From Macrostomum lignano (Eukaryota), in the NCBI GenBank assembly GCA_002269645.1, contig NIVC01001188.1, positions 1-64,000 of the forward strand: DNA of 64,000 nt, written 5' to 3'. Of this stretch, positions 10,712-23,457 are shown piece by piece. Both the position numbers and the translations under genes were made by a program. How positions within the stretch are numbered: the first letter of the stretch is position 1; each line of letters begins with the position of its first letter. A model generated the notes under the pieces. It saw only the letters and a list, made by a program, of their open reading frames with translations, was not told the origin of the DNA and did not search any database.

Positions 10712-13700
10712 ATGTCTCTGATCTCCGCGCTGACGCCGCTGCTCTCCCTGGCGCTCCTTGCGCCGACAGCCGAGGCGGTGGCGCTGGACGCAAACGGCAC
10801 CTGCCCGTCGCAGGCGAACGTCTCCTGCAAGCCCGGCGTGGTGCTGCCGATGTGGCTGCCGGCCGACAACCTCAGCCTGGGCGACCGCGTGGCGCGGGCC
10901 ACGGTGTACCTGGCCTTACTGGTCTACTGCTTCCTGGGCGTGTCCATCATAGCCGACCGCTTCATGGCCGCCATCGAGGTGATCACCTCCAAGGAGAAGG
11001 ACGTCGTCGTGAAGCTGAAGGACGGCAGCAAGCAGGTCGTCAGCGTGCGCATCTGGAACGAGACGGTCAGCAACCTGACGCTGATGGCGCTGGGGTCCTC
11101 GGCTCCGGAGATCCTGCTGTCCATCATCGAGATCTGCGGCAAGGGCTTCGTGGCCGGCGACCTCGGGCCCGGCACCATCGTGGGCAGCGCCGCCTTCAAC
11201 CTGTTCATCATCATCGGCTTCTGCGTCTACGTTGTGCCCGACGGCGAAATCCGGCGCATCAAGCACCTTACCGTGTTCTTCATCACCGCCACCTTCTCCA
11301 TCTTCGCCTACATGTGGCTGTACATCATCATCGCGGTGTCCTCACCGGGCCGCGTCACCGTCTGGGAGGGCCTGCTCACCTTCGCCTACTTCCCCATCAC
11401 GGTGCTGCTGGCCTACATCGCCGACACGAAGATCTTCTTCAAGCACTTCCTCAACAAGCGCTACTTTGCCCGCAAGTACCAGCGCGACGGAGGCGACGCG
11501 GAGCTGCAGAACAGCCTCGGCGCTGCGGGAGGCGGCGCCGCTGGAGGCGCCCAAACTGCCGATGGCGGCGAGGGCGCCGACGCCATCGCAGACGACGGCG
11601 AGGGCGAGTTCGAGCGGCACCGGCACGAGTACATCGAGCTGCTCCGCGAGATCCGCAAGAAGCACCCGAACGTGGAGCCGAAGGCGCTGGAAGAGATGGC
11701 GCAGATCGAGGTGCTCAACCGGGGCCCGAAGTCGCGCGCCTTCTACCGCATGCAGGCCACCCGGCAGCTCACCGGCTCCGGCAACGTCATCAAGAAGTCC
11801 AAGGTGGAGCGGCGAATGTCCGCGGCCTCGGAGACGGGCCACGCGGCCAGCTGCGAGCCGGTCGACCCCGCGCTGCAGCGCATCTTCTTCGACCCCGGCC
11901 ACTACACGGTCATGGAGAACATCGGCAGCTTCGAGCTCACCGTCAGCCGCGAGGGCGGCGACCTCAACAGCCGCGTCAAGGTCGACTACGAGACCGTGAA
12001 CGGCACGGCTGAGGCCGGCGAGGACTTCGACTACGCCAAGGGCACCCTGACCTTCCACTCCGGGGAGCGGCACTGCCGCTTCAGCCTCAACATCATCGAC
12101 GATGACGTGTTCGAGGAGGACGAGCACTTCTACGTGGAGCTGTCCAACATCCGCGTGGAGGGCGGCCGGCCCGACGCCCGCGTGCAGCTGGCGGACCCGT
12201 GCCGCGCCACCGTCATGGTGCTGGACGACGATCACTCGGGGGTGTTCCACTTCGAGGAGGCGGAGAAGACCGTCGGAGAGTCGGTGGGCGAGGCGGAGAT
12301 CAAGGTGGAGCGGACCTCAGGTGAGACTCTCGATCCCCGCTGCCAGTTTGCCTTCCCCTACCGTGCGGGGATGGCCAAGTTGAAAAAAGATTTATTTGAG
12401 GTTCTTTTCGGCTTACACGGGAGGGGCAGGGGCGCACTTTCAGGCGGCTTCTGTCCGCTTGCCTCCCTCACTCTCTCCCAGTGCGGGCCAGCGCCCAGTG
12501 GGCGGAGGCCGGTGTCTCCGAGCAGGCCGCTGTTTTATTGACTAAGAGTGCCAGCTCCCAGTCCTCAGTGTGGAGTGGCTGTGGGGTTGGTGGCTCTGAG
12601 CCTTCAGAGCGCCGATCCCGCCGACAGAGAGTGAAATTCAAAACGGTTCGAGGACAAAATCTCGGCTAGGCGGCATTGATTGGAGCTGCTGGTTATTAAA
12701 AAAAATAGAGGAAAAAGCAATGCCATATGGGAAACTTCGTGCCGGACCCGCGGGGAGGTCGATATCCCATTTTTCGCGATTGCCAAGGAGGTGAAACGGT
12801 CCGAGGGGGGGGGGGAGGCAGAGGAGTATATGGGAAGGAAATTGGCGGAGCTGAGTCCTCCGCTCCCTCTTCACATCCCCGCTCGGAGTCTCGGCCAAGA
12901 CTTCCAGCGGCCATTTCTGGTCGCCGGGCAGTTGTTTGGCGAAGAAATTCCTGGGGAACTTGAAGCCGCTCTTTCACTGGGACTCCGGGCGCGCCGGCCC
13001 TCAGAGAGGCACAAAAGTGCAGGCCGAGCCCACCGGGCCATAGCTTCTATGCGCGAATTATCCTTGCTCGCCTGAGGTTCGGTTTCCGCCGGGCCGAGAC
13101 CGGTAAAAGTGCAAACTTTGCCCTCGGATAAATCAAGGATGGCCTGAAGTCGGTCAGGAACTGTTTAAACACAGCTAACGGTTGCACAGCGCCAGTCAGC
13201 TTGGAATGCGAACGGACGGCTGGGCGGCTCCCCAGGTGGGCTGCTGTTGCTGTGTCTCGGTATACAAGCACTGCTTAGCAGCCCCCCCTCTGCAGGCCGT
13301 TTAATTAGACAGAAAAGCCAAATTGCCGTCTTGAAGAGCTGCTGCTAGAGGACTTTCACTTGCCCCGCCGCCTTCGGCCAGCCGCCTTCCTTGCCATGCA
13401 GGTCGCGTCTGCTGCGAGAAAATCTCGTTTGCTCTGCCCCCTCCTTCTCTCCCGTTCTCCCCTCCATCCCCAGCCCTTGTCTGCCATAAGTTCTCACTGC
13501 CCATCGGAATGCTGCATTGTCCCCCTGGCCTCCCGTTCTCCCCGCCGCATCCCCAGCCTCGCTAGCCGCCCTCCCCTTCACTTTCTCTGTCTCTCCTCAT
13601 GTCTGAGCAACTCCCGTGCTCAGACAGTCTTGCTTAAGGCGTGTTTTGTGCGGCTCTGTATAACATGCGAGAGCCCTGACCTACACGAGGAGTGGGACAA

Positions 13701-16700
13701 TGCCCCCCCGCGCCCCCTGAGCCGCCGTCCCGTGCAAACACATCGCAACGACGCCTAGAAGTGGAGGAGAGACTGCAGAAGTGAGCAGGAGTTGAGATCG
13801 TCTCGGCTTGGCGTGAGTTCTCTCGCTCGCCCCCCCCCCTGTTCCCGTCACCTGCCCCGTGTTGGCTTTGCTGTCTTCCCGCCCAGCTCAGCCACAACTC
13901 AGCCTTCTCGGAGTGGAACTGACGACACGGCACAACACGCGATACTTTGCTGGTGCCGCTGCCGACACGGGGGGCGGGGGCTGTTTGCTATGGGCTGATT
14001 GAACTCCGGGCACAGCAGCTGTCTTCATCACTGCGCTGTGGGTGGGCCAGGGACTGCTAATCTCCACTCAAAGGAATAGAATGGATTGCTAATCTAGCCT
14101 ATCATGGGTGCAGGAATAGAATGGATTGCTAATCTAGAATCGAATTACGAAAGAATTGAACCCAGGCTAGTAAAATCCAGGATTTTTAATGGCCGAGACT
14201 TCCACGAATAACTTCATCGAGATGACCTTTCATCTCATCTTTGATCTTAATACACGCCGACAAAAACCCAACCAGCTTATCATTCATTTATTGCCCTCAA
14301 GGCGAGTCCGCGCGATGCTATTTATGGCCATAATTAAATAATTTAGTACCAATTAAAGCTGATTCCACAAAGCAACTCAGCCCCCCCCCCACATTCCAAC
14401 CACACAGGCGCCCGGGGCATCGTCCGAGTGCCCTACAAGACGGCCGACGGCACCGCCCGAGGCGGCGGCAAGGACTTCGAGGACACCCACGGCTACTTGG
14501 AGTTTCACAACGACCAGACTGAGTGAGCGGGGATCTGGGATCTTGCAGGGACTGGGGGGTGGGGTCGATGGCGGAGCGGTAGAGTGAGATAGAGGGTCGG
14601 GGAGGGTGAGGGAGTGAGACAGGTGAGGGAAGGTGAGACAGGTGAGGGAAGGTGAGACAGGTGAGAGAGGGTGAGACAGGTGAGGGAAGGTGAGACAGGT
14701 GAGGGAAGGTGAGACATGTGAGAGAGGGTGAGACAGGTGAGAGAGGGTGAGACAGGTGAGAGAGGGTGAGACAGGTGAGAGAGGGTGAGACAGGTGAGAG
14801 AGGGTGAGACAGGTGAGGGAAGGTGAGACAGGTGAGGGAAGGTGAGACAGGTGAGAGAGGGTGAGACAGGTGAGGGAAGGTGAGACAGGTGAGAGAGGGT
14901 GAGACAGGTGAGAGAGGGTGAGACAGGTGAGAGAGGGTGAGACAGGTGAGAGAGGGTGAGACAGGTGAGAGAGGGTGAGACAGGTGAGAGAGGGTGAGAC
15001 AGGTGAGAGAGGGTGAGACAGGTGAGAGAGGGTGAGACAGGTGAGAGAGGGTGAGACAGGTGAGAGAGGGTGAGACAGGTGAGAGAGGGTGAGACAGGTG
15101 AGAGAGGGTGAGACAGGTGAGGGAAGGTGAGACAGGTGAGAGAGGGTGAGACAGGTGAGAGAGGGTGAGACAGGTGAGAGAGGGTGAGACAGGTGAGGGA
15201 AGGTGAGACAGGTGAGAGAGGGTGAGACAGGTGAGGGAAGGTGAGACAGGTGAGGGAAGGTGAGACAGGTGAGAGAGGGTGAGACATGTGAGCGAGGGTG
15301 AGACAGGTGAGGGAGAGGGAGGGTGAGGGAGGGTGAGGGAGCGTGAGACGGAGGAAGAGGCAGACAGAGTCAGGTCAGTTTTCAATCCCCATCTGGGCCA
15401 CTCTGCACCTGCAAGCTCCGGCCCACACCTTCCTGCATGGGGGGCAGTCAGCCCGCAGCCATCAGCCCATCTTGCCAGCCAGTCTCACTAAGCTGTTTTC
15501 TGTCAGCCACATCAACTCCGCACTGTGAGAGCTCCCTGCTTCTCACACAGATGATGGATGGCCGAGTTACTCTCATCGTTAAAGCCAGCCAAATCTACAT
15601 TTTATTTATTTCTTGTCGAGTGTGCAGGGATTTTCGTGTTTCCCGGACGGCCCGAATCGCGGCGAAGTTTGCGGAGGCGCGGTAGGGGGGGGGGCTGCAG
15701 TCCATCGCAGGCGAGGCGGGATGCTTCTATGAGCCAAACTGCTGAAAAAATTAGATCAATTTGAGCTCGCTTCGTCCGCCCAAAGAGAAACTTTTTCTTG
15801 ATTCTCTTTGCCGTCCCATGAGGTGGAAGTTGATAAGCCTGGCGGAGCCTGAGCAGCCTCTTGAGTAGCTCCGTGATTGCGCTGCGTCTTGGAAGACAAA
15901 GACAAAAGGCAACGGGCAGGCAGTGCCAGTCTCCGGGGAATTTTGAGAGGGGAGAATCGAAATTTCGCTCACGGACAGCTGCGGTCTGCGACTGGACCAG
16001 TTCTGGACCATCTTACTCTCATCCCGAACAGCTGACTCTCATCCTGTGCATCTGACTCTCATCCCGAACAGCTGACTCTCATCCCGAACAGCTGACTCTC
16101 ATCCTGAGCATCTGACTCTCATCCTGAGCATCTGACTCTCATCCTGAGCATCTGACTCTCATCCCGAACAGCTGACTCTCATCCCGAACAGCTGACTCTC
16201 ATCCTGAGCATCTGACTCTCATCCTGAGCATCTGACTCTCATCCTGAGCATCTGACTCTTATCCTGAGCATCTGACTCATATTGAGCATCTGAGTCTCAT
16301 ACTGAGCATCTGACTCTCACCCTGAGCATCTGACTCTAATCCTGAGCATCTGACTCATATTGAGCATCTGACTCTCATACTGAGCATCTGACTCTCCATA
16401 CTGAGCATCTGACTCTCATTTTGAGCATCTGACTCTCATACTCAGCATCTGACTCTCATCCTGAGCATCTGACTCTCATATTGAGCATCTGACTCTCATA
16501 TTGAGTATCTGACTCATATTGAGCATCTGACTCTCATATTGAGTATCTGACTCATATTGAGCATCTGTCTCTCATATTGAGCATCTGACTCATATTGAGC
16601 ATCTGACTCATATTGAGCATCTGTCTCTCATATTGAGCATCTGTCTCTCATACTGAGCATCTGACTCTCATATTGAGCATCTGACTCATATTGAGCATCT

Positions 16701-19700
16701 GTCTCTCATATTGAGCATCTGTCTCTCATATTGAGCATCTGTCTCTCATATTGAGCATCTGACTCTCCATACTGAGCATCTGACTCTCATCCTGAGCATC
16801 TGACTCTCCATCGAAAGTGTCTATGAAACCTGTCTGAATGCACTTTCTCACTAATCCGCCGCACGATCCGCAACTCGCACGCAGTTCGGATCCCACCAAG
16901 CGGCCGGAATTGAATTGCAGCGACTTTTATGACATCAGAAATGTTCCGAAAAAATCCACCCAGAAGTTTTTGGGAAAAATATCCCAGCACTGGATGAATT
17001 GGGAGTTTTTCACTACCATGGGGAAGAGCTGGAAGAGCTCCAGCGAACGCTTGAAACTGACGGGCCGCTCCGACCGATCGGCCTGGCGGCGCCTCGGAAT
17101 GCCGGCGATTGACGAAATTGTCCAAAATTCTCGCCCGGCAAATTATCCCCCAAGTCATTCGTTTTGGGATTTGGGTGCAATTGTGCAGCTTTATGGAGTG
17201 AGCTCGGCTTTAGAGAGCTAAATTGTGACAGGCCGAGAGAAAGTCTGAGTGACAGCTAGAGTAAAATCGGAGTGAGATTAAGAGTGAAAGCTGAAGTGAC
17301 GGAAAGAGTAAAGCCGGAGTGACAGTTGGAGTGAAGGCGGAGTGAGAGACGGAATGACAGTAGGAGTGACAGCCGGAGTGACAACTAGAGTGACAGCCGG
17401 AGTGACAGCCGTAGTGAAACATGGAGTGACAGCCGGAGTGAAACCCGGAGTGACAGCCGGAGTGACAGCCGGAGTGAAATCCAGAGTGACAGCCGGGGTG
17501 AGAGTCGGAGTGACAGTCGTCGGAGTGACAGCTGGGGTGACAGTCGGAGTGACAGCCGGAGTGAAACCCGGAGTGAAACCCGGAGTGAAACCCGGAGTGA
17601 AACCCGGAGTGAAGCCCAGAGTGACAGTCGGAGTGAAACCAGGAGTGACAGCCGGAGTGACAGCCGGGTTGAAACCCGGAGTGACAACCGGGGTGACAGT
17701 CGGAGTGGAAGCCGGAGTGACAGCCAGAGTGACAGCCTGAGTGAGAGGCGGTGCAGGACTCATGATGAAGGCCGGTGTGAGCAGGAACTCAGCCTCACTT
17801 AGCGATAAAAAACATGCGAGTCAGCTCCAGGAAAAGTGGGGCGAAAGATGAAGCGGCAGACTCCTGAGGCTGGGCAGCAGGGCAGTGCGGCAGGGGGAGG
17901 CGGCAGTCGGCCCGAGCTGATTCCCCATGCATTCATTCGATGCGAATTCGCCTCATTCCAAAAGCAGCGTCTTTCGCCCGCAGCTCTTCCACTTTTCCCG
18001 TTTTCTCCTCCCCGCCCGCCCCGGCAGAGCAGAAATAACAAACTCGGGTAGGAGCTGGGGATGAAGCTGCCGGAGGGCTCAAGGCGGCGAGTAGGCGGCA
18101 GCAATGCGGGTCAGTCACTGCGTGCCGGCCATCCATCACTGAAGCCCCGCGAGTTCAGTGCAGATTGGGGGGAGCGGGGGAGCCGCCTGGGATTCTAGAT
18201 GGGATTTGATTCCCAAGCCTGCCGCCCGCCCAATTTCCAGGCAGTTTATCAATGTTCGAATCATCGACTACGAGGAGTACCAGAAGAACGTCTTCTTTTT
18301 CGTGGAGCTGGGCGAGCCAATCCTGATGAAGAAAGTCGGTGAGCGGAGCAAAGTTCACCTTATGGGGCTGATGGGGGGGGGGAGTGCGGGCTCGCCCGAG
18401 AGTTCTCGGATCAAAGCAGCAGAAAACCCGGTTCTCTACTGAGTTCGATCGGAGTGGACCGAGGCTGCAGTTCTTTGGGAGGGGGGGCTGAGCACTTCTC
18501 GGCGCTTCAAAGGAATCCCCTGCTGAGCCGTGTTGACGGGACAGAACCGTCTGTTTGAGATAAACAGACACAATCTCAGATAAACAGACACAATCTCAGA
18601 TAAACAGACACAATCTGACATAAACAGACACACTCTGAGATGAACAGACGCAATCTGAGATAAACAGATGCGATCTCAGATAAACAGACACAATCTGAGA
18701 TAAACAAACACGATCTCAGATAAACAGACACAATCTCAGATAAACAGACAAAATCTGAGATAAACAGACACAATCTCAGATAAACAGACACAATCTCAGA
18801 TAAACAGACACGATCTCAGATAAACAGACACAATCTGAGATAAACAGACACAATCTCAGATAAACAAACACAATCTCAGATAAAGCAGACACAATCTGAG
18901 ATAAACAGACACGATCTCAGATAAACAGACACAATCTGAGATAAACAGACACAATCTCAGATAAACAAACACAATCTCAGATAAAGCAGACACAATCTGA
19001 GATAAACAGACACAATCTCAGATAAACAGACACCTTTTAGGCTAAACCAGACACACTCTGAGTAATAAGACACCTTCCGAGGTAACAGACACTCTGTGAT
19101 AAACAGACATTTTTTGAAGTAAACAGACACCATCTGAGGCATGGATTACAGTATGGAATACAGTATGGACTACAGTATGGAATACAGTATGGATTACAGC
19201 ATGGAATACAGTGTGGACTACAGTATGGAATACAGTGTGGAATACAGTATGGAATACAGTGCCGCAAGCAAGCATCCAATTTGAAATCAATCGCAAACAA
19301 AAGCAGAATCTGCAGCTGGCCAGAGGTGCGAAGATGCCGAGAAAGGTGCGATGACATTCAGGTGTAATTTGTGATAGTTATGGTAGTCCTTGAGCCAAAT
19401 CAGATCCCGAAGCCTCAGTCAAGAGGGACGCTTCCATCTCGCTAAAAAGTTTGCACGTTGCATTTTTGTTGCTACCCGAATGTTGTACTGTTGTTAATCC
19501 ATTGACTAAAATTGACTAACAAAGCATTATTGACGCGCATGCAGTCACCAAGCCAGTCTCTACCGAAATTTTGCACTTTAACAAAACCGACCGGAAGCTT
19601 TTCCGTTTGCATTTATTTTGTTATTTTAGTCTGGTCTTGAGGCCAGGTAATTAGAGCTCCGGGAGTGCCGGTCACCGCCCCCGCCTGGAACATCTTCTTC

Positions 19701-22700
19701 ATTAGGTCCAGGGGTGCCGACACGGACTGGACTTTTCTTCCCATAAACCCGCGCGTCACGCCTGACCTCATCAGCATCATCATCTTCATCGCTGTCCAGC
19801 CTCCGCGCCTGTCTTGGCCGGGCGTCAATCTTATTTCTTGAAATCCTTTCTGCCAAGGAAGTGTCCGGGAGAAAACTTGGAAAATTATCCTCTGGGGAAT
19901 TCCTTCGCTTGTTATCCCCCTCCCGCTTTTTTGGCTTCCCCAGCCTCCCCTGCGCGTGTGTCTGTCTGTGTGGGACTTTGCTGAGCCGTTGACTTTGCCC
20001 CATCATCTGGCCGGCCTGTTGCGCCCCTCAGCCAGCAGAACTTCCGGCACAGCGCAGCCTGTCTTCGCCCGCAGCTTCAGCTTTGGTTTGTTGCCCGTTA
20101 ATTACACAGCAGCGCGGGGGTCGCTTGCAATTGGGCTCACTTCTGCTTGGAATAGCCAACCAGCCCGCCTTGGCGCTCGCCCGCAGGCCCCCATCTCGAG
20201 GAGGACGTCGACTGCGCTGAGACTGAGATGGCCGGCCGGCCCAGGCTGGGGGAGTTGACCAGAGTTAAAGTGAACATTGTGGAGAGCGTGGAGTTCAAGG
20301 TGGGTGATGGGGTGGGTGACTGGGGTGGGTGACTGGGGTGGGTGACTGGGGTGGGTGACTGGGGTGGGTGACTGGGGTGGGTGACTGGGGTGGGTGACTG
20401 GGGTGGGTGAGAGGCTGTAGGGTGAGTGTGGGGCTGTGGGGTGGGTGAGGGGCTGTGGGGTGGGTGAGGGGTTGTAGGGTGGGTGAGGGGCTGTGGGGTG
20501 GGTGAGGGGCTGTGGGGTGGGTGAGGGGCTGTGGGGTGGGTGAGGGGCTGTGGGTTGGGTGAGGGGCTGTGGGGTGGGTGAGGGCTGTGGGGTGGGTGAG
20601 GGGCTGTGGGGTGGGTGAGGAGCTGTGGGGTGGGTGAGGGGCTGTGGGGTGGGTGAGGGGCTGTGCGGTGGGTGAGGGGCTGTGGGGTGGGTGAGGGGCT
20701 GTGGGATGGGTAACGGGCTGTGTGGCGTGGGTAACAGAACGTCAGAGCACCCCAAGCCCGCAACCCACCCCCCTGCAGAACACGGTAGACAGAATGCTGA
20801 AGAAGGCCAACCTGTCACTGGTTGTGGGCACCTCCTCCTGGAAGGAGCAGTTCATTGAGGCCATCACTGTTAGCGCCGGTGAGTCCGTACTCCATTCGAA
20901 TCGAGTTCTTGGCCTGATCCTAGGAGTTGGACGAGTGCAAATTTCTAAAATCCACCGTTTCCAGGAGATGGCAACGAGGACGAAGGAGACGGCACAGGTG
21001 ATGGAGAAGAGAAGCTGCCCTCCTGTGGAGACTACATCATGCACTTCCTCACCATCTTCTGGAAGCTGCTGTTCGCTTTTGTGCCTCCAACTGGTGAGCA
21101 GCGTATGAGGAGGGTGTGAGGATGGATATTGAGGAGGGATATGAGGAGGGATATGAGGAGGGTGTGAGGATGGATATTGAGGAGGGATATGAGGAGGGTG
21201 TGAGGAGGGTCAGAGGAGGGATATGAGGAGGGATATGAGGAGGGATATGAGGAGGGATATGAGGAGGGATATGAGGAGGGTGTGAGGAGGGTCAGAGGAG
21301 GGTCAGAGGAGGGATATGAGAATGAATATGAGGAGGGATATGAGGAGGGATATGAGGAGGGATATGAGGAGGGATATGAGGAGGGTGAGAGGAGGGTGTG
21401 AGGAGGGTGTGGGGAGGGTGTAAGAATGGGTGTGAGGAGATTGTGAGGAGGGTGTGAGGATTTCGAAGCGTGAGTGGGGGCTGTGGAGATGCATTGATGA
21501 GGCTTGCCATCTGGGAATATCCGGGTCTGGATGGGAATATTAAAATTGCATGCTGCAGATTCCAAGGTTTGATTTGTAAAAAATCAATTTTTGCCAGAGA
21601 GAGCTCGGATTGCTGTTTTGTGTTACCCCCCCCCCAGCCTGCCCAGCATCACGGAGCTCTTATCGCTTATCGATAGGCGGATCGACTCCCCAGATCCCAG
21701 ACTCCCGGCTGCATCTCTTTACAACGGAAGGAAAAAAGAAAAATAAAATAATAGAATTGAGTGCCTTGTTGGGGCACAATGGGCTACCATCGATTTCTAT
21801 ACCATTCCCGTTTTGAATTTACATTCTATTTTCAATTTAAGATGCATGATGAAGGATGGCGGGAGGCTGGGGTGGAGATGGGAAAAGGGGATTTTTGTGC
21901 CTGTGTCCATGCTTCTTCCTGTTAGAAGATCAAAGTCCAAAGCTTCAACGAAAAGGGGGCGAGCGCGGGTTCGAAGGCACAGAGAAAGAGTACGAAATGC
22001 CTGTGGATGATGAGAAAGTCAGGACCCCTGTACACCCCGTGTGAGCACGCGACTGCGCACGAATCCAGGTGTCAGCGAAATGGACACGCCTTTGATTTGC
22101 GGCGGCGATGAAATGTCCGTCTTTTGCTCCTTAATCCGCTCCGCAGATTATGCCGGCGGCTGGCTCTGCTTCAACGTGTCAATCACGGTCATCGGCATGC
22201 TCACAGCTGTCATCGGGGACTTGGCGTCCAGCTTTGGCTGCACAGTGGGTCTGACGGACGCCGTGACAGCCATCACCTTTGTCGCTCTCGGCACCAGCCT
22301 TCCAGGTGAGTGACAGCTGTGTGACTTTTGACTTTGAAGTAGTAGTGCTTTAAACAGAGCTCGAAGTAGTACTCAAAGCATTGCTCAAAGCAGTGCTCAA
22401 AGCAGTACTCAAAGCAGTGCTAAAGCAGTGCTAAAGCAGTGCTCAAAGCATTGCTCAAAGCATTGCTTAAAGCATTGCTCAAAGCAGTGCTCAAAGCAGT
22501 GCTCAAATCAGTGCTCAAAACAGTGCTCAAAGCAGTGCTCAAAGCATTTCTCAAAGCATTGCTCAAAGCATTGCTCAAAGCAGTGCTCAAGGCAGTGCTC
22601 AAAGCAGTGCTCAAAGCAGTGCTCAAAGCAGTGCTCAAAGCAGTGCTCAAAGCAGTGCTCAAAGCAGTGCTCTAAACTATTCAAAACAACAATCCCCTCC

Positions 22701-23457
22701 GCGGGGGCCGTAGCCCAGCGGTAGCGCAGCTGCTCTGGTGTGCCAGCGACCCAGGCTCGATTCCAAGTGCAGTCACATTAATTTGGGGCTGAATTGAAAT
22801 CTCGTCTTGGCTCTGCTCGTGCAATTAACGGCCTTGAGAGCCAACCCCCCAAGGCGCAGTGAAGTGTACATGCCTAACGTTAAAATAAAGTTAGGGCCGC
22901 TGTACACTCCTGTGTGAGTGTGTGCCTGCGTACGTATCCGCGCGCTTGTATGCCTGCTCAGGGGAGTCGGCGGAATGGGCAGTAATGCCTCTCGCCGGTT
23001 GTGCGCCAATGTCGCTTAAAGTGCGCCAGGGTGCACACAACCCCCTGCCTCTAATAATCTAATAAAAATCCCCTCCGCAGACACTTTTGCCTCGAAGGTG
23101 GCAGCCATCGGCGACGCCTACGCCGACAGCTCGGTGGGCAACGTGACGGGCAGCAACGCGGTGAACGTCTTCCTTGGCATCGGTGTGGCCTGGTCCATCG
23201 CGGCCATCTATCATTGGTCCATCGATAGCGAGTTCACGGTGCATGCCGGCTCCCTCGGCTTCTCCGTCACTCTGTTCTGCGCCGAGGCCTTCCTGGCCGT
23301 CATCATCATGCTGCTGCGCCGCCTCAAGCCCATCGGCGGGGAGCTGGGCGGCCCCCGGCCAGCCAAGATAGCCACCGCCATGGCCTTCTTCAGCCTCTGG
23401 GGCACCTACATTCTAGTGTCCTCGCTTGAGAATTATTGCTACATTGACGGCTTCTGA
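10712..23457 (+). CDS. SLC8A: Na+/Ca2+ exchanger (NCX/SLC8 family), 899 aa; exons 10712-12320, 14408-14522, 18241-18338, 20187-20299, 20779-20878, 20965-21093, 22147-22305, 23081-23457
   Basis: The signal peptide [22 protein letters not shown] is followed by the alpha-1 repeat [13 protein letters not shown], an XIP-like segment, two Calx-beta domains ([13 protein letters not shown]; LDDDHSG; IIDYEEYQK) and the alpha-2 repeat [22 protein letters not shown]. It ends with [12 protein letters not shown]. All introns are GT-AG, phases match (1,2,1,0,1,1,1), and exon lengths sum to 2700 nt. Confidence 0.96.
14590..15350 (+). repeat. 19-bp minisatellite AGGTGAGAGAGGGTGAGAC in NCX intron 2
   Basis: Period 19, with a GGGA variant. 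Explains ORFs 14318..15385 and 14505..15287. Confidence 0.96.
16010..16810 (+). repeat. ~20-bp minisatellite (CATCCTGAGCATCTGACTCT / CATATTGAGCATCTGACTCT)
   Basis: Tandem copies show a gradient of variants along the array. Confidence 0.94.
17225..17745 (+). repeat. 12-bp minisatellite GAGTGACAGCCG / GAGTGAAACCCG
   Basis: Direct inspection. Source of the VTPAVT-type ORFs. Confidence 0.92.
18555..19135 (+). repeat. 20-bp minisatellite AGATAAACAGACACAATCTC
   Basis: Direct inspection. It degenerates toward 19135. Confidence 0.93.
19141..19260 (+). repeat. 12-bp repeat ATGGAATACAGT
   Basis: About 10 copies with small variants. Confidence 0.9.
20300..20705 (+). repeat. G-rich arrays (13-bp GTGGGTGACTGGG, then 19-bp GTGGGTGAGGGGCTGTGGG) starting at the NCX exon-4 donor
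   Basis: The array begins at intron position +1. Confidence 0.93.
21105..21455 (+). repeat. 12-bp repeat GAGGAGGGATAT in NCX intron 6
   Basis: Direct inspection. Confidence 0.9.
22365..22675 (+). repeat. 12-bp repeat AAAGCAGTGCTC in NCX intron 7
   Basis: About 25 copies. Confidence 0.93.

Noticed and set aside
10627-12250. Alternative-frame and antisense ORFs over NCX exon 1 (461, 255, 302 aa)
   Set aside because: Shadow ORFs expected from GC3-rich codon usage of the real NCX frame.
12680-13075. ORF segment [10 protein letters not shown] resembling the Calx-beta ARGxVxVPY motif, as an alternative NCX exon
   Set aside because: There is no phase-1 AG acceptor before the motif, similarity ends after a few residues, and the true exon is 14408-14522.
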